Source of the DNA: an uncultured virus (IMG/VR IMGVR_UViG_2061766007_004243)
Taxonomy: Duplodnaviria; Heunggongvirae; Uroviricota; Caudoviricetes
Length of the DNA: 8,560 nucleotides
IMG/VR virus record: IMGVR_UViG_2061766007_004243
Strand: one strand, 5' to 3'
The notes below the pieces were generated by a model. The model was not told where the DNA came from, searched no databases, and worked only from the letters and a program-made list of their open reading frames with translations. Positions 7,421 through 8,560 of the stretch are shown here, piece by piece; the stretch's first letter is position 1; every line of letters starts with the position of its first letter. A program made the position numbers and the translations under genes.

Positions 7421-7540
7421 TCCCGTTTTCCCGCGCAGGGCGAGGTGAGGAGCAGATGGGCCGGAAAGTGTCACGGAATGGGCGCGGGAAAAGGTTATAA
7501 GGTTACAGCCACCCTCTCCGTTTTCCCGCGCAGGGCGAGG
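7421..7540 (+). repeat. Intergenic repeat copy 8 (arm + core + identical arm)
   Basis: 15-mer at 7470-7484; CCGTTTTCCCGCGCAGGGCGA at both 7423-7443 and 7518-7538; RBS-like AGAAGGAAAG follows before the gap. Confidence 0.95.
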
Positions 7541-7710
7541 AGAAGGAAAGATCGAGNNNNNNNNNNNNNNNNNNNNNNNNNNNNNNNNNNNNNNNNNNNN
7601 NNNNNNNNNNNNNNNNNNNNNNNNNNNNNNNNNNNNNNNNNNNNNNNNNNNNNNNNNNNNNNNNNNNNNNNNNNNNNNNNNNNNNNNNNNNNNNNNNNNN
7701 NNNNNNNNCA

Positions 7711-7824
7711 TTTTTACTTCTGTCGGTAGGAGTTAACCTCCTGTTGCTATGCAGTTTGTACAGAGTTCTCAAAGTTGAGCGTGCAACAGCGGCTTTGGGC
7801 GTTATCAGTGCAACTACAAAAGCG
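7711..7824 (+). CDS. Fragment of a membrane-anchored protein between gaps
   Basis: Open frame FLLLSVGVNLLLLCSLYRVLKVERATAALGVISATTKA, typical of an N-terminal anchor. Confidence 0.5.
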
Positions 7825-7835
7825 TNNNNNNNNNN

Positions 7836-8105
7836 AAATATAACAGATTGAGTATGAAACGAATAAGGATAGCGAAACTGATTAATGAGAAGTATAAGGA
7901 ACTTATCCCGGGCTTTACAGCACTACTGCAGCATCCGGACTGGTCTATAAAACTTGCTTGTGCAATTAGCCTACTTGAAATTATAAGTTGTGAAAAAAAG
8001 GATAAGGAATGCGCAATAGAAGTTATTAAGGAATACATCAATAGTCACGATACGGCAGATGCTACGGGATGGCGTATGAAATTAAAAGATTTGGGGTTGC
8101 TCTGA
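7836..8105 (+). CDS. Small helical protein (HEAT-like/DUF2019-like), N-terminus probably in gap
   Basis: Frame is open from the gap edge (KYNRLSMKR...); ALLQHPDWSIKLACAISLLE resembles a HEAT-type repeat. Family call is tentative. Confidence 0.6.
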   Translation, partial: KYNRLSMKRIRIAKLINEKYKELIPGFTALLQHPDWSIKLACAISLLEIISCEKKDKECAIEVIKEYINSHDTADATGWRMKLKDLGLL

Positions 8106-8191
8106 ATACAATAATATTGCAGTACTTTGACTTTTATATGTGAACTGATATGGAATAAGATCAGAGAAACGCAGATCAAATGAGCCTGTGA

Positions 8192-8560
8192 AAGCCTGAA
8201 GAGTACGTTTTCCACGATCCCCAGGGCAATCCGCTGTCGCAGGCGACATTCAAGCGTATGTGGTGCAGGCTGATGGCGGACGCGCGGTGCGCGACGGTGC
8301 GGGACTACGACCCACATGCCGAGAAGAACTGGGACATCCTGAAACAGGTCAAGCCTACGCTGACTCCGCACTTTTTGAGGCACAATTATGTGACGCTCCT
8401 GTACGAAGCAGGCGTTGATCCTTTGATCGCGATGAAGATCGTAGGCCACACGGACTACAAGACCACGGCGAATATCTACACCCACGTCCGTGACGAGATG
8501 CTGAAGAAGGCGACGGTGAATATGGGTGAAGTGTTTGGGAGCAGGGAGAAGGGAGGATGA
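8192..8560 (+). pseudogene. Tyrosine recombinase (phage integrase family), C-terminal fragment
   Basis: EYVFHDPQGNPLS, TPHFLRH (HxxR), VGH and NIYTH (catalytic Tyr); in-frame TGA at 8189-8191 and only 86 nt back to the previous gene, so the N-terminal domains and first catalytic Arg are absent. Confidence 0.88.

Noticed and set aside
215..7540. CRISPR array
   Set aside because: Intervals between repeats are gene-sized, variable and coding; no cas genes are visible.
215..7540. Classical integron attC sites
   Set aside because: No conserved RYYYAAC...GTTRRRY ends, and the recombinase fragment does not look like IntI.

Overview
Gapped scaffold (8 N-gaps), probably from a Clostridia-like Firmicute (inferred from RBS usage, signal peptides and holin/integrase types). 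The main feature is a co-oriented array of unrelated, mostly envelope-targeted or immunity-like hypothetical genes separated by 8 direct copies of one intergenic repeat. The repeat has an invariant 15-mer, GTCACGGAATGGGCG, inside GGAAAAGTGTCACGGAATGGGCGCGGAAAAGGGC, plus semi-conserved flanking arms partly complementary to the core. Three complete repeat-gene(s)-repeat units lie on gap-free sequence. The window also holds a phage-type C39 peptidase/holin fragment and ends in a 5'-truncated tyrosine recombinase. The layout suggests a non-attC, integron-like gene-cassette array, possibly in a prophage remnant. Mobility is inferred only, and the links to the recombinase and lysis genes cross scaffold gaps.
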